NCBI GenBank assembly: GCA_965197475.1
Contig: CBDANF010000003.1
Span: 544,001-608,000, forward strand
Origin: Candidatus Poribacteria bacterium
Lineage (GTDB): Bacteria; Poribacteria; WGA-4E; WGA-3G
Direction: 5' to 3'
DNA length: 64,000 nucleotides
Shown: positions 60,806 to 64,000 of the stretch, piece by piece
Layout of the letters: each line of letters opens with the position of its first letter
Position numbering within the stretch: the first letter of the stretch is position 1
Notes under the pieces: generated by a model
Told to the model about the DNA's origin: nothing
The model's database searches: none
What the model saw: the letters and a program-made list of their open reading frames with translations, nothing else
Program-made: the position numbers and the translations under genes

Positions 60806-63800
60806 TTAATCTCGTGATTTCAATTCGCCCCACCGCAAGGTCGCCTTGTTCTTGGCCGAGATCAAGCCTTTCAAGCGGTTTGTAGCAAGCGTTTGACGCT
60901 CACCGGCGAAAGATACATCTTCAATTTGGTAGTAATATACAAAACCGGGTTTCGCTGTAGCATCAACCCATTTATAGGTATTACGTTCACCTGTGGTACC
61001 ATGACCTTGGATCATCTTAGCGTTGACCTGTTTGAACTCACCGTTCCGGCTATCGCTACGGAGGATATTAAATCCTGCGTTGTCAAGTTCAGATTCGGTT
61101 GTCCAACGGATAACGACTTTGCCGTCTTGCACTGATGGACGGAAAGAGGACAATGAAACTGGTAGTGGTGAACGAACGGTTTGACCCGGTGTGCTAATAT
61201 CGTCTTCGTTCCCATAATAGGTTACGTCGATTTTTTGGATTCTGCCATCATCACTGGAGAGCACCCAACCTGCGGCTGTTTTCCCATCAGCGATACCAGT
61301 AGTATTCGGATTAGCACGAGCGACTGAGATACGATCACCATCTGCGGTATGTGCATCCGGCCATGCCCAACGAGGAGCATCATAACGTTCCGTATCCGTT
61401 CTCTCTCCTCGCTCTGCATCTCTCCGATCAGCGAGGTTACTGACTTCGTCAACTAACTGGCTACTCGTGGCATGCAGCGTGATTTTGAAGCCATAGATAT
61501 TGATAACATCACTACCAGGACCTGACATATCGAAAGTGTTTCTATGTGCCGGGAACAGGGTAAAGATATCAGTATTGGGAAGGCGAACGTCAAACCGAGG
61601 TGCTCTGGATGAGGCAATCAGCACAGATGAATTCGGTTTAATTTTCAGATTCTTGAGCTCTATACTTGCATCGGCTTCACCACCCCATTGCGTGCCATCA
61701 GCATCAGTTGAATCGTGATTGATGATCTTAAGCTTCCAGTTGTGTAAGTTTGCACCAACAGTCTTAGACGGGTTACGGAGTTCAATCCACTGTGGGAGTG
61801 AGCCGTTTGGTCCATCAGCATACATAATTTCGCTGATATAGACAGGACGTGTGATAACGCTACCGCTTGACTTCAGAGCACTGTTATCATAACCGGGTGT
61901 TCCCCCATAAACGGCTCCGCCTGTGATGCGACGTTTATAGCCGACACCTGTGAAACCAATATCACGGAATGCTGCCGTACTGTCGGAGGTTGAATTAGTC
62001 GTAGAACCAACACCACTACGACCATCTTTCGTTGTCTTATGCTGGCGATAGTGAACCTTGTTTACTTCAAGCTTGTTATCAGTGAACTCTGGTGCTTTAA
62101 ATTCCCTTAGTGGCCATAAGTCGGTAGATGAAACGTTATTAGAATAGTTGGATTTTTCCAAATCATCGTGCCATCCAGCAATATCCACAATTTTGTCAAG
62201 GTCATCTTTACCAAGTTCAGCGGGATTGTTTCCACTAGCACTGTCTGGTTTGCGCACAATCAGCACGAACTTACCACTGTCTGGTAGACCATTATTCTTA
62301 AACTCAATGACCTTATACCGAACTGGACTGTGCCATTCCCATTGTAAATGTTCTGCTTCACTTTTATTAACGTTGCGTCCAGGGACAAGCGGATGATTCG
62401 GATCAATTGCTGGATCGGATGCAACTAAGAGTAGCACACCACCTGCAGGAATCTTGGCTTTATCATCGTTCGGGAATTCAATAAGGAGTTGGTCAGTATC
62501 ATCATCAATTACCTTAGAGATTCTGTATTTCCGCAGGTTTTTTTCACTGCTAGAGGCATTGTGAAGCTCAATCCACTCGTACTTTTTATCCGTATCAGAA
62601 CGGTTCGCGACCTCGTTGATGATAATCGCATTACTTGGAACATCTGTTCGGCTATTTTTAGTGTACGGCTGTCTCTCAGGGCTAAACGAATTCACCTGTC
62701 CGGGTGTGCCTTTATATTCATAAACCACCTGCACATCACCAACAGACACTGCCTTCCGTACATAAACGTTTGAAGATGTCGTCCAACTCCCTGACGCTCT
62801 ACCATCTCGGTTGCTATACCTTGAACTACTGGCATCGGCATAAGCTGACTTCCCAGATGGTAGAATGCGTGCCATTGAGACGAAATTTGCGCCTGATACG
62901 GTATTACCGTTTGAACCTGGCACATCCCACGCTACGCCACCTGGACGATTGTTAAAGAAGTTCGTCACTACATCAATTGTGGGAGCTGTAAGGCTACCTA
63001 AGAGTTCGTCGTCATCGGTAATATCGCGACCTGTGAGTGAATGTAGTTTGACCATTACATCTTTATCGGAGATGTTGTGAAGTTCAATCCATTGTGAAGC
63101 AGATTGATCTGCTAAACCGAGATTACCTTCATCTATACCCCACATAATTTCGCTAATACCGACTCTACCGACAGAGATATTTGCATCATCAGCAGCATCT
63201 TCCACAACAAGTGCGCCACCACCACCGGGAGCAGTTCTATCAAATAACTCCTGTAGATTTGGCATAGTTGCCCATTCTACTTTCGTTTCCGCAACATCAG
63301 CACGGAATGCTTGACCTTCCGGTATCGGCGAAGCGCCAATGTCTCTAACGACAACGACGAAACTATTTTTGGGAATAGCGATTTCCTCGCTTGTGATCCG
63401 AGAAGTAGTCTCCTCTTCCTCTTCCTCTTCCTCTTCCTCCACCACATCTACGCCGCGGATACTGAAAGACTGACTATACTGACCGACAGATACCTTCAGT
63501 CTATCAGTTTCACCCGCATCTGGAGTATCGGGATCCACTTCCAATGTGTAGGTTGTGTCGTTTTTTTTCGCAAAATCTCCTTTATCGCCGCCTTCAACTG
63601 TAATACTCTCTACAGTAAGGGGAGATGATGGTGCTACATTATACTTAATAGTTACCGTAAACTCCGCACCACCTCTACGATCCTCATCAGAAGAAGTTGA
63701 TGTAATATCAATCCGTTGCGCTAACGGATTGCTATCAACAGTAATTTCTTTCGAGAGGACGAAAGGCCCACCGGCTATTGCTTCTACTTTCATTCTGTAG

Positions 63801-64000
63801 AAAGTGCCAATACCACCTTGAGGGACAACTATTATTGTCCATATCGTATTAGGATCGGTAGTTGCATCGGCGTTTGAATATAACCCATCATCACCATCTG
63901 TGGTAAGATCGTCTGGAAAAATACTTCCTTTCGTAACTATAATGTTAGTGCGAGAAGGGACATCACCACCGGTAGGAGCTTCATCAAACGTCAATGTCAA
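60806..64000 (-). CDS. Large secreted protein with three lamin-tail-like domains, 5' part outside window
   Basis: ISEIM..QWIELHN, INEVA..EWIELHN, ISEIM..QWIELRN; PLPVSLSSF..WTTESELDNAGFN C-terminal domain; poly-Glu tract. Confidence 0.85.
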   Translation of the reverse strand: MTLTFDEAPTGGDVPSRTNIIVTKGSIFPDDLTTDGDDGLYSNADATTDPNTIWTIIVVPQGGIGTFYRMKVEAIAGGPFVLSKEITVDSNPLAQRIDITSTSSDEDRRGGAEFTVTIKYNVAPSSPLTVESITVEGGDKGDFAKKNDTTYTLEVDPDTPDAGETDRLKVSVGQYSQSFSIRGVDVVEEEEEEEEEETTSRITSEEIAIPKNSFVVVVRDIGASPIPEGQAFRADVAETKVEWATMPNLQELFDRTAPGGGGALVVEDAADDANISVGRVGISEIMWGIDEGNLGLADQSASQWIELHNISDKDVMVKLHSLTGRDITDDDELLGSLTAPTIDVVTNFFNNRPGGVAWDVPGSNGNTVSGANFVSMARILPSGKSAYADASSSRYSNRDGRASGSWTTSSNVYVRKAVSVGDVQVVYEYKGTPGQVNSFSPERQPYTKNSRTDVPSNAIIINEVANRSDTDKKYEWIELHNASSSEKNLRKYRISKVIDDDTDQLLIEFPNDDKAKIPAGGVLLLVASDPAIDPNHPLVPGRNVNKSEAEHLQWEWHSPVRYKVIEFKNNGLPDSGKFVLIVRKPDSASGNNPAELGKDDLDKIVDIAGWHDDLEKSNYSNNVSSTDLWPLREFKAPEFTDNKLEVNKVHYRQHKTTKDGRSGVGSTTNSTSDSTAAFRDIGFTGVGYKRRITGGAVYGGTPGYDNSALKSSGSVITRPVYISEIMYADGPNGSLPQWIELRNPSKTVGANLHNWKLKIINHDSTDADGTQWGGEADASIELKNLKIKPNSSVLIASSRAPRFDVRLPNTDIFTLFPAHRNTFDMSGPGSDVINIYGFKITLHATSSQLVDEVSNLADRRDAERGERTDTERYDAPRWAWPDAHTADGDRISVARANPNTTGIADGKTAAGWVLSSDDGRIQKIDVTYYGNEDDISTPGQTVRSPLPVSLSSFRPSVQDGKVVIRWTTESELDNAGFNILRSDSRNGEFKQVNAKMIQGHGTTGERNTYKWVDATAKPGFVYYYQIEDVSFAGERQTLATNRLKGLISAKNKATLRWGELKSRD

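Overview
Bacterial chromosomal DNA. The PhyH paralogues, LamG proteins ending in ...GKLATTWANLK and a giant lamin-tail protein point to Candidatus Poribacteria (inference). Housekeeping genes (holA, mutS, rpsU, a czcCBA-type efflux operon, a SufR-like regulator) are interleaved with mobile DNA. (1) 7.9-15.4 kb: two different IS1595 elements each inserted at the poly-A frameshift site of another IS (IS630, IS3), next to decaying LamG and lectin genes. (2) 35.0-48.8 kb: a duplicated, mosaic secreted-protein module (membrane-anchored partner, M15-type Zn peptidase with a Cys/His repeat, GspC-like protein) plus a tandem array of TPR-like proteins with constant ends and variable middles. It has a poly-C leader, is bounded by MITE ends with a 7-bp direct repeat, and is joined by microhomology junctions that fall in one short sequence. 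(3) 59.5-60.7 kb: a GxxExxY nuclease gene between two near-identical 4x68-bp repeat arrays whose motif also occurs alone elsewhere, near a RAYT with REP palindromes. A ZorA-like gene is cut by the left edge. All product calls come from motif recognition by eye; no searches were run.
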